The notes: generated by a model from the sequence alone, not told the origin. Positions 27,235-36,945 are shown, counted from the first letter of the stretch. The stretch is DNA of 64,000 nt from an uncultured Dehalococcoidia bacterium (GCA_964477845.1 CAYZES010000008.1:3749-67748); one strand, 5' to 3'. Translations and numbers: made by a program.

Positions 27235-27821
27235 GAGAGGCGCTGCGCGATCTCGGCGCGGGTGCGCGCATAGTCCGAGTCCGAGAGCACCGGCTGAAGG
27301 GCGCCCATCGGCACGTCCTGACCCAGTTCTACCCACGACTTGCAGCCGGTGTACTCGTCCAACACCGGCAGGGCCTGCGGCTGGACTAGCGGATAGATGC
27401 GCACCAGGGCCACCGTCAGCGGTTGCCGGGGTCGCCACTGGAGCCTCTTTTGAGCGTAGTCGTCGCTCCAGATGTGAAACCCCGAGATCCCCTGGAGCTT
27501 GCCTGCGTCCTCGACCTGGATCCGGTCGGTGACCTTGGCGAACGCAGAGATCGTGGTCAGACCAGGTACGTCGTTCTCAGCCAGGGAAAGCTCCAGATCT
27601 CGGTGGTATTGCGGTTTGAGGAGATCCGGCGACTGGTGTTCGTAGGTCGGGAACAGTAGAAACTCCGGGTGGTCGGCGAAGGTGTCCGTAAAGTTGCGAT
27701 CGTCTTTGTGAACGCCGCCCTTGCGCAGGATGACGATCTGCGTGCCATTCCGAAGGGCGTTGCACGCCACCGCCCATTCCTTCAGGGCAATCGAGCTCAC
27801 GGGGGGGAGAAGGGACACCAT
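27231..27821 (-). CDS. DUF1802-like protein of unknown function
   Basis: 196 aa. ALKEWAVACNALRNGTQIVILRKGGVHKD and FLLFPTYEHQ resemble the DUF1802 pattern from memory; not verified by a search. Confidence 0.65.
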   Translation of the reverse strand: MVSLLPPVSSIALKEWAVACNALRNGTQIVILRKGGVHKDDRNFTDTFADHPEFLLFPTYEHQSPDLLKPQYHRDLELSLAENDVPGLTTISAFAKVTDRIQVEDAGKLQGISGFHIWSDDYAQKRLQWRPRQPLTVALVRIYPLVQPQALPVLDEYTGCKSWVELGQDVPMGALQPVLSDSDYARTRAEIAQRLS

Positions 27822-28056
27822 GCGTACGAGCGATTATATCGACGGTCAGGGTGCCAAGTCGAGAAATATTTCACGAAGCCGACTGTATGGACTTTGATGC
27901 TTCTACTGCCCCCGCCGGGCCGCTGTGTCGCCTCCTTCGTCTCAACCACCTGGGGACCTATTTCGGCGTGCACGGCATCGAAGACTTCTGGCCGCCGGGT
28001 GCCGGGGTCGGCCATAATGCCATCTAGGGATCCAGACATGCGGACCAGGGCTTCAT

Positions 28057-28842
28057 ATGGCAGGTAGGACCCGGAAAAAGCGCTCCAGAGGGGGTCACCG
28101 GGCGGGCGCGTCATCCTCACCGAGGGACCGGGGAGCGAAATCTCCGGATCCGGACGACGCCGCCAACATCACCACACTGGTGCTGCGGGCGGCGTTCATG
28201 GACGCCGCCGTCTACGATGTGATCCGTAACCAGAAAGGTGCGACGCTCCAGGCCATCGGGGTGGTCCTGGCGATAGGCGTGTTATTCGCGATCGGCCAGC
28301 GAACCGTGGAGCCGGGCCTGCTCAAGGGCCAGCATCCGATACTCTGGTTCGTCTTCCGGCTGGACTTTATCGTGATCGGCTGGCTGCTGTGGTCGGCGAT
28401 AGCGCTACTATTCGGGCGCTGGGTCTTCCGCGGCGAGGCGAGCGCCTCCCATGTCCTGCGTGCGCTGGGCATAGCGACGGCCCCGGCTTCACTGCTGGCA
28501 TTCTCGGAGCTGAACATTCCCCTGGCCGGCCAGACCATTGGACAGGCCCTGTGGCTGTTCGGTCTGCTCTGGACACTGGCAATCGGTACCCAGGCAATCA
28601 AGGAGACGATGCGGCTGAACTGGTTTCAGGCGATCTTGCCGGGCGTGGTGGGGTGGATAGTTGGATGGCTGGTGATCCTCAATCTGGTTCTGTTCCCCGC
28701 CTCGGCGATCGCGGTGGAGGATCCGCCCCCGGCTCAGGACACACCCTCGGCGTCGGAGTCAAATTGGGGACGGTGGCCGGCGTCCTCTCACCTGGTGCTC
28801 CACCATGGAGCCCCGCCCGCCGAGCATGTTCAGCGCATTTGA
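28057..28842 (+). CDS. Yip1-like multi-pass membrane protein
   Basis: Basic N-terminus, then about 5 hydrophobic segments after MDAAVYDVIRNQKGATLQAIGVVLAIGVLFAIG. Start and 3' end are uncertain because it overlaps tatD. Confidence 0.5.
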   Translation: MAGRTRKKRSRGGHRAGASSSPRDRGAKSPDPDDAANITTLVLRAAFMDAAVYDVIRNQKGATLQAIGVVLAIGVLFAIGQRTVEPGLLKGQHPILWFVFRLDFIVIGWLLWSAIALLFGRWVFRGEASASHVLRALGIATAPASLLAFSELNIPLAGQTIGQALWLFGLLWTLAIGTQAIKETMRLNWFQAILPGVVGWIVGWLVILNLVLFPASAIAVEDPPPAQDTPSASESNWGRWPASSHLVLHHGAPPAEHVQRI

Positions 28843-29604
28843 GGTAGTCGCTTCGGCCACCTCCTCCACGCTCATGCCCGTGAGTTTCGCCAGTGCCCCC
28901 GCGACCTCGGCCACGTGGCGAGGCTCGGTCCAGCGGCGACGGTCCTTCTTGAAGGGCTGGGGATATGCGTCGGTCTCCAGCACTATCCAATCCATGGGAA
29001 TCTCGGCCACTACTGACTGAAGGGGAGGCAGCCGCAGCAGCGGCCGGGCCAGCGAGATGCAAAAGCCCAAGTCGATAGCTTCCCTGGCCGTGCGCTGATC
29101 GCCTTGGAAGTAGTGCATCGCACCGCCTACCTCAAAGCCTCTCTCCTCGCGCAAAACCCGCAGGGCGTCTCGGCTCGCGTCTCGACTATGGAACACTATT
29201 GGCAGCCCAAGCTCCCTGGCGATACCGATCTGCCGGCGGAAGGCCTGGAATTGTAAGGCCCTGTCGGGCGACGTGTCCTGAAAGTCGAGACCGATCTCGC
29301 TGATTGCCACCACGCGGTCCGAGTCGGCCAGTTCGGTAAGGGTACTTTCAGAATCGCCCTGTACGGGTCCGGCTAGGTCAGTTGGATGTAGACCGGCGGA
29401 GGCGAATAGCAGGGGATGCTCGTTGGCCAGCTGGACCGCGCGGCGGCTGGTTTCGAGTGTCGTTCCCGCGGTTATTATCGCCCCAACTCCCGCCTCAGAA
29501 GCCCGCCTGAGAATCTGGCGAACCTCGGTGTCGCTGAATCCGTCTAGGTGCGAATGGCAGTCGATCAGTGGCACTGTGGGAGTCGCGGCGGAGTTGGGAC
29601 ACAT
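28759..29604 (-). CDS. TatD-family metal-dependent hydrolase
   Basis: IDCHSHLD, ISEIGLDF, VFHSRDA, AMHYFQG and LETDAYP motifs. Confidence 0.88.
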   Translation of the reverse strand: MCPNSAATPTVPLIDCHSHLDGFSDTEVRQILRRASEAGVGAIITAGTTLETSRRAVQLANEHPLLFASAGLHPTDLAGPVQGDSESTLTELADSDRVVAISEIGLDFQDTSPDRALQFQAFRRQIGIARELGLPIVFHSRDASRDALRVLREERGFEVGGAMHYFQGDQRTAREAIDLGFCISLARPLLRLPPLQSVVAEIPMDWIVLETDAYPQPFKKDRRRWTEPRHVAEVAGALAKLTGMSVEEVAEATTSNALNMLGGRGSMVEHQVRGRRPPSPI

Positions 29605-29685
29605 ATTGCCTCATAATAGGACAGGTCAAAGGGTGAATCCGTTCCACGCCATGCCCAACGTCAGCCAGATCGTCCATTTGCACCG

Positions 29686-31530
29686 GTGCCCAGGCTAGAT
29701 AAGGCCGCGCGGGCCGCTTTCGCTGTCTCAGCGATCTCGGCCCTGGTATTGGCCGGTTGCTCCCAGCCCGAGCATGAGACCGGACCGACCGCAACGCCGG
29801 TCAGGCCGACGGTCGAGCCAGCCAGTCCCACCTCCACCGCGAGCCCGTCGCCCACCGCAGAGCCGACGATTCGGACACCGACACCGAGGGGTTCGCCACC
29901 AACCCCGGTAAGAGCGGACCCGAGCCCCGTTGTTGAGCCCGTCGTCGAGAAGGAGGCGACGTCAGTCCCGACCGACATAACGCCGACACCCACCGTGACT
30001 CCACCCGATCCAACGGTTCTACCAGTCGATAGCCCTACCGCGACCCCGGTGCCTAGCAAGGGAGGGGTGCTGAGGCTGACAACCCGGGCGAACATCTCTC
30101 ACCAGGACGTGCATTTCGAGACCTCACCGGCGCTCTCAACCTGGGGCCCCGGCTTAGCCTACAGTCGGCTGCTTAGATTTGAGACCGGCCCCGAAATCCG
30201 GCTCCCGAGCCTCGCGGTGACGTGCGACCTGTGCGAGTCGTGGCGTGTCATCGATCCGGTTACGTTCGAATTTACCCTGCGGCGGGATATTGGCTGGCAC
30301 GACGCCGACCTGGTCCAGGGCAGGCAACTCGACGCGGACGACCTGGTCTACAGCTTTAGCCGGCAGCGCGAGGGCCCGAATGCCTCGCTACTCGGATCCG
30401 TCGACGATTTCTCCGCCCCTAGCGAGAGGATCGTCTCGATTCGGCTGGTCGAACCAGACGCCGACTTCATGCTGGGACTCGCCGACGCGCGATCCAAGAT
30501 AGTTGCGAGAGAGGCGGTGGAACTGGCTGGCGACCTGCGTGACGGACCGACGGTGGGAACCGGGCCGTGGCGTCTGACATCGACCGGCAGGGCTGGCCTC
30601 CACGTTTTTGAGAGCTTTAGTGATAACCGGGTTGACGATCTTCCCCACGTTGACGTGCTGCAGGTTCACGTCATCGACGATCTGAAGACCAGGGACGCGG
30701 CATTTACCGTTGGCCAGATCGACGTAGTGGAGGTGACTCCCTTCGAGTGGGAAGCTCTGAGGGATCGGGCGAGTGACGCCCGGGCCGTGCTGGTTCCCGA
30801 CACCGGCTCCGGAGTGGAGATCGGACTTAACCCTTCAAGGCCTCCATTTGACGACCCCCTAGCGCGCCGAGCGGCATTCGCGGCGATGGATCCCGTCCGT
30901 GCGCTGGAGGAGGCGTGGCTAGGTGCAGGCTACCTGTCCTTCGGCTTCCCTCTGGTTGGCCCGACTTGGGCACTGGAAGAGGCCGAGTGGCTGGACCTCT
31001 TCGCAAGTCCAGAAAGGGCGCGGAACATGCTGGCTGGCGCCAGCCCCGAGCCTGTTACGATAAAGGTGGGCCGTTACGGAGAACCCTATATGCGGCATGC
31101 CGACATAGTCGCCGCCGAACTCAGGGCCGTCGGCTTCGACGTCACGGTGGAGGAGGTAACCCGTCTGGGCTTTGCAGACGGCGTGTGGAAGGGTGGAGAC
31201 TACCAGATGTTCGTGGGTCCGATCCCGCCCGTGACCTCGCCGAATGCCTACCTCTTCTCCGTCGTCTACAGCAGGGGACCCTATTACCGTGGGGGGGAGC
31301 GGGACGGAGAACTCGATGCGCTGATCGAACTCCAGGCCGGCGAGTACGATCCCGAGGCTCGAAGGTCGAGTCACCTGGACATACAGCGCCGTATGCTGAA
31401 CTCCGCGATACGCTACATGCCCGCCACGCACGTGACGGTGTGGGCCATCCAGCCATGGGTAATGGACCTGCACATAAACGTGGCCGGCTTCGAGTACGGC
31501 CACTGGGCGTCCGTCTGGCTGGACGGCTGA
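29686..31530 (+). CDS. ABC transporter family-5 (peptide/nickel-type) solute-binding lipoprotein with a Pro/Thr-rich tether
   Basis: Lipobox LVLAGCS, then about 100 aa of P/T/S/V-rich linker, then the family-5 SBP body (GGVLRLTT ... LAYSRLLRF). No permease or ATPase genes are adjacent. Confidence 0.85.
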   Translation: MPRLDKAARAAFAVSAISALVLAGCSQPEHETGPTATPVRPTVEPASPTSTASPSPTAEPTIRTPTPRGSPPTPVRADPSPVVEPVVEKEATSVPTDITPTPTVTPPDPTVLPVDSPTATPVPSKGGVLRLTTRANISHQDVHFETSPALSTWGPGLAYSRLLRFETGPEIRLPSLAVTCDLCESWRVIDPVTFEFTLRRDIGWHDADLVQGRQLDADDLVYSFSRQREGPNASLLGSVDDFSAPSERIVSIRLVEPDADFMLGLADARSKIVAREAVELAGDLRDGPTVGTGPWRLTSTGRAGLHVFESFSDNRVDDLPHVDVLQVHVIDDLKTRDAAFTVGQIDVVEVTPFEWEALRDRASDARAVLVPDTGSGVEIGLNPSRPPFDDPLARRAAFAAMDPVRALEEAWLGAGYLSFGFPLVGPTWALEEAEWLDLFASPERARNMLAGASPEPVTIKVGRYGEPYMRHADIVAAELRAVGFDVTVEEVTRLGFADGVWKGGDYQMFVGPIPPVTSPNAYLFSVVYSRGPYYRGGERDGELDALIELQAGEYDPEARRSSHLDIQRRMLNSAIRYMPATHVTVWAIQPWVMDLHINVAGFEYGHWASVWLDG

Positions 31531-31540
31531 GCTGGGCCCG

Positions 31541-31993
31541 CTACCTTCTGGAGGCGAGCGCCTCCTCGACCGCAGTAAGCGATAGCAGCGCGCACTTTAT
31601 GCGCACCGGGAACAGGCGCACGGTCTCCATAAGCACCAGCTCCCCGAGAGCCTTTCTCCGATCGCCTGCCAGCTCCTGCCCGGCCATCAATCTGCGGTAG
31701 TCGGAGACAAGAGCCCCGGCGTCCTGGAGAGAGACGCCGCAAAGCGTCTCGGCGATTATGGAGCCTGCAGCCCGGTTGATTGAACAGCCGACCGTCTGAA
31801 TGCCCAGGTCGACGATCCCTTCTCCGTCGCTTGAGACCTGGACGTGTGCCTCGTCCCCGCAGAAGGGATTCACCGCATCGCCGGCCCCGTCGGGTCGGTC
31901 TATCAGGTCCTTGTGGCGTGGGCTGCGGGCATGTTCCAGGATCGTCTCGCTGTAGATCTCATCCAGTCCCTTGCCGATCCTATTTCCCACCAT
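31541..31993 (-). CDS. sufU: SufU-type Fe-S cluster assembly sulfurtransferase (copy 2)
   Basis: NPFCGDEAHV, TVGCSINRAAGS and RIKCALL (the Cys/Asp/Cys/Cys ligand set). ATG 31993 overlaps the sufS 3' end by 14 nt. Confidence 0.85.
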   Translation of the reverse strand: MVGNRIGKGLDEIYSETILEHARSPRHKDLIDRPDGAGDAVNPFCGDEAHVQVSSDGEGIVDLGIQTVGCSINRAAGSIIAETLCGVSLQDAGALVSDYRRLMAGQELAGDRRKALGELVLMETVRLFPVRIKCALLSLTAVEEALASRR

Positions 31994-33224
31994 CTCCGAA
32001 GTAGCGAAGAGCGTCGCGCACTGACTCTGCGAGCCGGTCGATCTCCTCCTCGGTGTTGTAAACATAGAAGCTGGCCCTGGCCGTCGCGACGATTCCGAGC
32101 GAGCGCATCAGGGGCATGGTGCAGTGGTGACCGGTCCGAATCGCCACGCCGGATCGGTCCAGGAAGGTTCCCAGGTCGTGTGGGTGCAATTCTTCCGAGT
32201 GAAAGGGCAAGACGCCTCCGCGCTGCTCAACGTCCGGCGGACCCAGCACGTCCAGATCCTCAAGCTCCCTGAAGCGCTCCAGCGCATACCCGGTAAGGGC
32301 CTTTTCGTGTTCCCGTACATTGTCCATGCCCAGTTCGGACAGGTAGTCGACCGCGGCGCCCAGTGCGATCGCGTCGGCGATGTTGGGCGTACCGGCCTCG
32401 AATTTGTTGGGCACGTCGTTCCATGTTGCGCGGTCGTTCCAGACCTCCAGGACCATGTCTCCACCGCGCATGAACGGCTCGGTCTCCTCAAGGATGTCTG
32501 GCTTTGCGTACAGGGCGCCAATTCCTGTCGGACCGAGCATCTTGTGCCCGGAGAAGGCCAGGAAGTCGCAGTCCAGTTCGGCCACGTTAACCGGCATGTG
32601 CGGCACGCTCTGGGCCCCGTCTATCAGCACCCTTGCTCCGAAGGCGTGAGCCCTCTCGGTCAGCTCCTTCACCGGGTTGATGGTGCCCAGTGAGTTTGAG
32701 GAGTGGCAGATCGCCAGTAGCTTGACCCGCTCGTCCAGGTACTCGTCCAGACGGGAAATGTCGAGCGTTCCCTCTTCTGTGAGCGGGATGACGCGGAGCT
32801 CTGCGTCCTGCTCTGTTGCCACCCTCTGCCAGGTGACGATGTTGGAGTGGTGCTCCATCTGCGAGACGACTATCGCGTCGCCGGTCGAGATGTTCTCGCG
32901 TGCCCAGGTGTAGGCAACCAGGTTGATGGATTCGGTGGTACCCCTGGTCCACACGATGTTCTCCGGCTGCGGGGCGCCGATGAAACTGGCGACCTTGGCC
33001 CGAGCCTGGTCGTACCGCTCCGTCGCCTCCATGCTCAGGGCGTGCACGCCGCGGTGGACGTTGGAATTGTAGCCCTCGTAGTAGTCCACCAGCGCCTGGA
33101 TGACGCTCCGTGGCTTCTGGGATGTGGAAGCGTTGTCCAGGTAGGCGAGCGGAAGGCCGTAGACCTGTCTCTCAAGTATTGGAAAGTCGTCGCGGATGCG
33201 ACATATGTCAAAGTTGCCCTTCAT
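31980..33224 (-). CDS. sufS: Cysteine desulfurase, SufS type
   Basis: 414 aa with PLP-Lys region FSGHKMLGPTGIGALY and catalytic Cys loop RTGHHCTMPL. Confidence 0.95.
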   Translation of the reverse strand: MKGNFDICRIRDDFPILERQVYGLPLAYLDNASTSQKPRSVIQALVDYYEGYNSNVHRGVHALSMEATERYDQARAKVASFIGAPQPENIVWTRGTTESINLVAYTWARENISTGDAIVVSQMEHHSNIVTWQRVATEQDAELRVIPLTEEGTLDISRLDEYLDERVKLLAICHSSNSLGTINPVKELTERAHAFGARVLIDGAQSVPHMPVNVAELDCDFLAFSGHKMLGPTGIGALYAKPDILEETEPFMRGGDMVLEVWNDRATWNDVPNKFEAGTPNIADAIALGAAVDYLSELGMDNVREHEKALTGYALERFRELEDLDVLGPPDVEQRGGVLPFHSEELHPHDLGTFLDRSGVAIRTGHHCTMPLMRSLGIVATARASFYVYNTEEEIDRLAESVRDALRYFGDGGK

Positions 33225-33230
33225 GTGCCC

Positions 33231-33536
33231 TTAGAGATCTACCTCGAACTCGTCGCCCACTATTTTGACGCCGTAGGTGTCTATGGGCAGGACTGCCGGG
33301 CCCTGTTCTACATTGCCGCTGCGAATGTCGAAGCGGGCGCCGTGCGCATCGCACTCTATAGAGTGCCCCTCCAGCATGCCCTCGTGGAGAAAGGCCTCCT
33401 GATGCGAGCAGATATCGTCCACGGCGAAAAGCTCACCGTCCACCTTGAAGACTCCTATCCAGCGGTCTCCGAGATCAAACATCTTCCCGTCGCCTTCTGG
33501 AATGTCGGCGACCTTGCCGAGTCTGGTAAAGGCCAT
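33231..33536 (-). CDS. Rieske [2Fe-2S] ferredoxin
   Basis: 101 aa with CSH(Q) and CDAHG (CxH ... CxxH). SD ggaggtga upstream. Confidence 0.85.
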   Translation of the reverse strand: MAFTRLGKVADIPEGDGKMFDLGDRWIGVFKVDGELFAVDDICSHQEAFLHEGMLEGHSIECDAHGARFDIRSGNVEQGPAVLPIDTYGVKIVGDEFEVDL

Positions 33537-33659
33537 CTAGTTCACCTCCACGTAGCGCGTACTGTAGTCGAATCTTCCATGCCCCACGCGCCGCCACTTA
33601 GTCGCTGCATTTCGACGGTAGCCTCAATTCTCGTGTAACTCTCTTTAGCGGTCAGGCTT

Positions 33660-34100
33660 TCAGGCCGTCCGCACCCGTGCCGGCTCGGACTCTGATCGCT
33701 GGACAAGGTCGCTGATGCTGGTCGATGACAGGACCTGTCTCATCGCCTCTTCAACCACCGACCAGACATCCTTCTGTGTACAGCCGGACCACTGGCCGCA
33801 GCTGGTCTCATCGTCCAAGCATGCCAGCAGGGAGGCGCTTCCGTCGAGACAGTCCATAACCATCGCCATCGAGATTTCAGAGGGATCCTTGGCCAGCGCG
33901 TGTCCTCCCTGGGGACCCCGCACGCTCACGACCATCCCTCCCTTGCGCAGTCGCAGCATGACGCGTGCGAGGAAGGGCTCCGGCACCCCCTGGCGGTGAG
34001 CAATGGCGGAGGTGCGCACCGGCGTCTCGCCGTTGGCGTAACGCTCGGCGAGGTCTATCAAAGCCCTTACCCCGTAGTCCACCTGGATAGGCACGTGCAT
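33660..34100 (-). CDS. Rrf2-family (IscR-like) transcriptional regulator with a Cys triad
   Basis: N-terminal wHTH (VDYGVRALIDLA ... IAHRQGVPEPFLARVMLRLRKGGMV) and a C-x6-C-x5-C triad (ACLDDETSCGQWSGC). Confidence 0.85.
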   Translation of the reverse strand: MHVPIQVDYGVRALIDLAERYANGETPVRTSAIAHRQGVPEPFLARVMLRLRKGGMVVSVRGPQGGHALAKDPSEISMAMVMDCLDGSASLLACLDDETSCGQWSGCTQKDVWSVVEEAMRQVLSSTSISDLVQRSESEPARVRTA

Positions 34101-34136
34101 CTCGTCACCTCTCCGCCCCGAGCTTGGCGACCGTCG

Positions 34137-34613
34137 CTACTCGGTGCTTACCGTCTTTGGGTTGCCCTTCTGGTCGAGTGCGGCCATCAGAGCGTGCCAC
34201 CCGAGCATCGCGCACTTTATTCGGGTGGGGTAGGCCGAAACGCCGCTCAGCGCTTCGAGATCGCCGAGCAGTTCCTCCATCTCGAAAGCTCCACTGGATC
34301 CGTTTCCGGTACCGGTGATCATGGTCTGGAAAGCGCTGAACACCTTCTTGGCGTCAACCTCCGACACACCCATTATCGCTTCGGTCATCAGTGAAGCCGA
34401 AGCCTTGGATATGGCGCATCCCACGCCTGTGAATCCGACGTCGGCGATGGTATTCCCATCCAGCCTCACCTCGATGTCAACGAGGTCGCCGCAGAACGGG
34501 TTGAACCCATGCGCGGTCCGCTGGGCTCCCGCAACGTGTCGCATGTTGCGGGGGCTCGCCCCGTGGTCCATCACCACGTGCTGGTAAAGGTCGTCTAGTC
34601 CAAAATCGGCCAA
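34137..34613 (-). CDS. sufU: SufU-type Fe-S cluster assembly sulfurtransferase (copy 1)
   Basis: NPFCGDLVDI, GVGCAISKASAS and RIKCAML. Follows sufD. Confidence 0.85.
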   Translation of the reverse strand: MADFGLDDLYQHVVMDHGASPRNMRHVAGAQRTAHGFNPFCGDLVDIEVRLDGNTIADVGFTGVGCAISKASASLMTEAIMGVSEVDAKKVFSAFQTMITGTGNGSSGAFEMEELLGDLEALSGVSAYPTRIKCAMLGWHALMAALDQKGNPKTVSTE

Positions 34614-34652
34614 CTAGGAATTCCCCGGATCGTGATGTGTCACTCGTTCCGG

Positions 34653-36041
34653 CTAGGCAACCCGCTGAGCGGGGCCCCCGAAGGCCCTGGCCTTTCCGAA
34701 ACCTTCAAACCGGTATCTGGGTACCGACGTCTCGAAGTAGCTCTCCAGATAATCGCGGAAAGGGTCGAGCCCGATGCTGTCTATGATTTCGTTCGCAAAA
34801 CCCTTGATCAAGAACGACGTCGCTTCTTCCAGATCGAGACCCCTGGAGAGCATGTAGTAGACCTGCTCGTCTGGGATGGCGCCGGCGGTGGCGCCGTGCG
34901 AGGCCTGAACGTCGTCCGCGAAGATGACCAGGCTGGGCTTGGTGTTTACGCGCGCTCCCTCGGAGAGGATCAGGTTCTTGTCGGCCTGGGTGGCGGCTGA
35001 TTTCTGGGCGTCCTTCTGGATCCGCGTGGTCCCGCTGAAGACGGCCTTTGAGCGGTCGGTCAATATACCCTTGAAGTATTGGGCACTCGAGGTGTGCCCG
35101 CTGATGTGGTCCACGTTGATGTGGTTATCTATGTGCTGGCGGCCGTCTGTGAAGTAAAGGCCCCTGAGGTCGCACTCGGCACCCTCATCGAGCAACCGGA
35201 CCAGCACGTCGTTCCTGCCGACGCGACAGCCCCGGGAAAACGACGTGGTACCGAATGTGGAGTCCCGGCCCTGAGACACCCTGGTGGACCCGATGTGAAA
35301 CGCCTCCGGGCTTTCGTGCAAGTAGCGGTAGTGCGAAACCCGAGCACCCTCCTCGAGGGTGACCTCGGTGACCGAATTGGTGAAATAGCCGCCCTCGCCG
35401 ATGCCCACGTAACTCTCAAGCAGCGTTAGCTCGCTGTTCGGGCCCGCGACCACCAGGGATCTTGGGTACGTCACCTGGGGTTCGCTGTTGTCCGACGAAA
35501 CGAACACCAGATGGACTACACCGCGGGCTCCCTGCCCGGCCAGTACGACCGCCCCATCGTCCAGGAAGGCGGAGTTGAGCGCCAGGAAACCGTTCGAATC
35601 CGCGGTCGCATGTCGGCCCAGCTCGATGTCTACCCGACCGTCCGACGCGGCCCCGGGAGAAAGCAGGTTGGTTACCAACGGCTGATCGGGACCGGCTGGG
35701 ATAGCCAGCTCGTACTCGAGCCGTCCATCCACGAATACGAGTGTCGTACAGGTCTCGTCCCAGGGCACCAGATCCTTGACCGTCTCCAGGAGGGTGCGGG
35801 TGGCTGCGGCCCCGGAGCTGTGACCGAAAGCCGAGTTTGCAATGGGCGTGACGCTGGTAAAACGCCAGTCCTCATTGCCCCGGGTGGCTATGGGGAGGCC
35901 GAGGTCCCGAAACGCCGCAATTCCTGCGGCACGTAATTCGGCCACCCGTCCCCTGCCGTCAGACGACCGGCTTGCATCAAATTCCTCGTGCTGGGTGAAA
36001 TAGGAGCCGTAGTCGTGCCTGGCTGCGGTCCTGACGTTCAT
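34653..36041 (-). CDS. sufD: Fe-S cluster assembly protein SufD
   Basis: 462 aa with a SufD-like beta-helix region. 4-nt overlap with the sufC stop. Confidence 0.9.
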   Translation of the reverse strand: MNVRTAARHDYGSYFTQHEEFDASRSSDGRGRVAELRAAGIAAFRDLGLPIATRGNEDWRFTSVTPIANSAFGHSSGAAATRTLLETVKDLVPWDETCTTLVFVDGRLEYELAIPAGPDQPLVTNLLSPGAASDGRVDIELGRHATADSNGFLALNSAFLDDGAVVLAGQGARGVVHLVFVSSDNSEPQVTYPRSLVVAGPNSELTLLESYVGIGEGGYFTNSVTEVTLEEGARVSHYRYLHESPEAFHIGSTRVSQGRDSTFGTTSFSRGCRVGRNDVLVRLLDEGAECDLRGLYFTDGRQHIDNHINVDHISGHTSSAQYFKGILTDRSKAVFSGTTRIQKDAQKSAATQADKNLILSEGARVNTKPSLVIFADDVQASHGATAGAIPDEQVYYMLSRGLDLEEATSFLIKGFANEIIDSIGLDPFRDYLESYFETSVPRYRFEGFGKARAFGGPAQRVA

Positions 36042-36820
36042 TGGCCGGCAGCCCCGGCTAAGGCGACACCGGCGTCTTGTTTGACCCAGTCGTATCCCTT
36101 GGCCTCCAGCTCCCGTGCTAGTTCCGGGCCTGCCGAGATTGCTATCCTGCCTTCGACCAGGACGTGCACGTGGTCGGGCTCAATGTAGTTGAGAAGTCTC
36201 TGGTAGTGGGTTACCAGCACGACCGAGTTGGATTCGCTGCGGTGGCTGTTGACGCCCTGCGCAACGGTCTTGAGGGCGTCGATGTCCAGCCCGGAGTCGG
36301 TCTCGTCAAGTACCGCCAGCCTGGGGTCTATCAGGAGCATCTGCACCATCTCCGAGCGCTTCTTCTCCCCGCCCGAAAAGCCTTCATTGACCGAGCGCCT
36401 CATGAGTTCCTGGCTCATGCCCATCCTGTCGACGGCCCCCTTAAACAGCCTGTCGAACTCCCGGGCCGACAGTTCGGGCTCGCCGATGTGCTTGCGTCGC
36501 GCGTCGACCGATGCCTTGAGGAACTGCCAGGTGCGCACCCCGGGAAGTTCCGTCGGGTACTGGAAGGCCAGAAACAACCCGGCCAGCGCGCGCTGGTCCG
36601 GGGTGAGCTCCAGCACGTCCTGCCCGTCAAGGTGTATGGAGCCGGCGGTGACCACGTAGTCGGGTCTGCCCGCGATGACGTTTGCAAGAGTGCTCTTGCC
36701 GCTGCCGTTAGGTCCCATTATCGCGTGGACCTCTCCGGACCCAACGCTAAGGTCTACCCCCCTCAGTATCTCGACGTCGCCGTCGGCAACCGAGGCGTGC
36801 AGGTCTCTTATCTCAAGCAT
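36038..36820 (-). CDS. sufC: Fe-S cluster assembly ATPase SufC
   Basis: Walker A GPNGSGKST, signature FSGGEKKR, Walker B LAVLDETDSGLD. Confidence 0.95.
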   Translation of the reverse strand: MLEIRDLHASVADGDVEILRGVDLSVGSGEVHAIMGPNGSGKSTLANVIAGRPDYVVTAGSIHLDGQDVLELTPDQRALAGLFLAFQYPTELPGVRTWQFLKASVDARRKHIGEPELSAREFDRLFKGAVDRMGMSQELMRRSVNEGFSGGEKKRSEMVQMLLIDPRLAVLDETDSGLDIDALKTVAQGVNSHRSESNSVVLVTHYQRLLNYIEPDHVHVLVEGRIAISAGPELARELEAKGYDWVKQDAGVALAGAAGQ

Positions 36821-36923
36821 CTGTGTATTAGTTCCTCTCGCTGCGCAAAGCTGTATCGCGTTGTCCGCTCAGGGTGGCGGTGTGGAAATGGCTTGCCAGT
36901 CGCGGCCAGGCTGCCGCCGGCTA

Positions 36924-36945
36924 CCCGGGAAGCCGGCCTCCCGGG
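36924..36945. promoter_or_regulatory. GC-rich near-perfect palindrome (RNA stem-loop) in the sufB-sufC spacer
   Basis: cccggga-agccggcc-tcccggg: 7-bp perfect outer stem, with the inner gccggc itself palindromic. It lies in a 137-nt spacer inside an otherwise tightly packed operon. Confidence 0.35.

Noticed and set aside
1161-31530. A nickel theme (LarA-family enzyme, Ni-SOD, family-5 Nik-like binding protein) as one functional island
   Set aside because: The three genes are tens of kb apart, lie in different operons and are separated by housekeeping genes. No nickel transporter, nickel regulator or larBCE genes are present, so this is probably coincidence.
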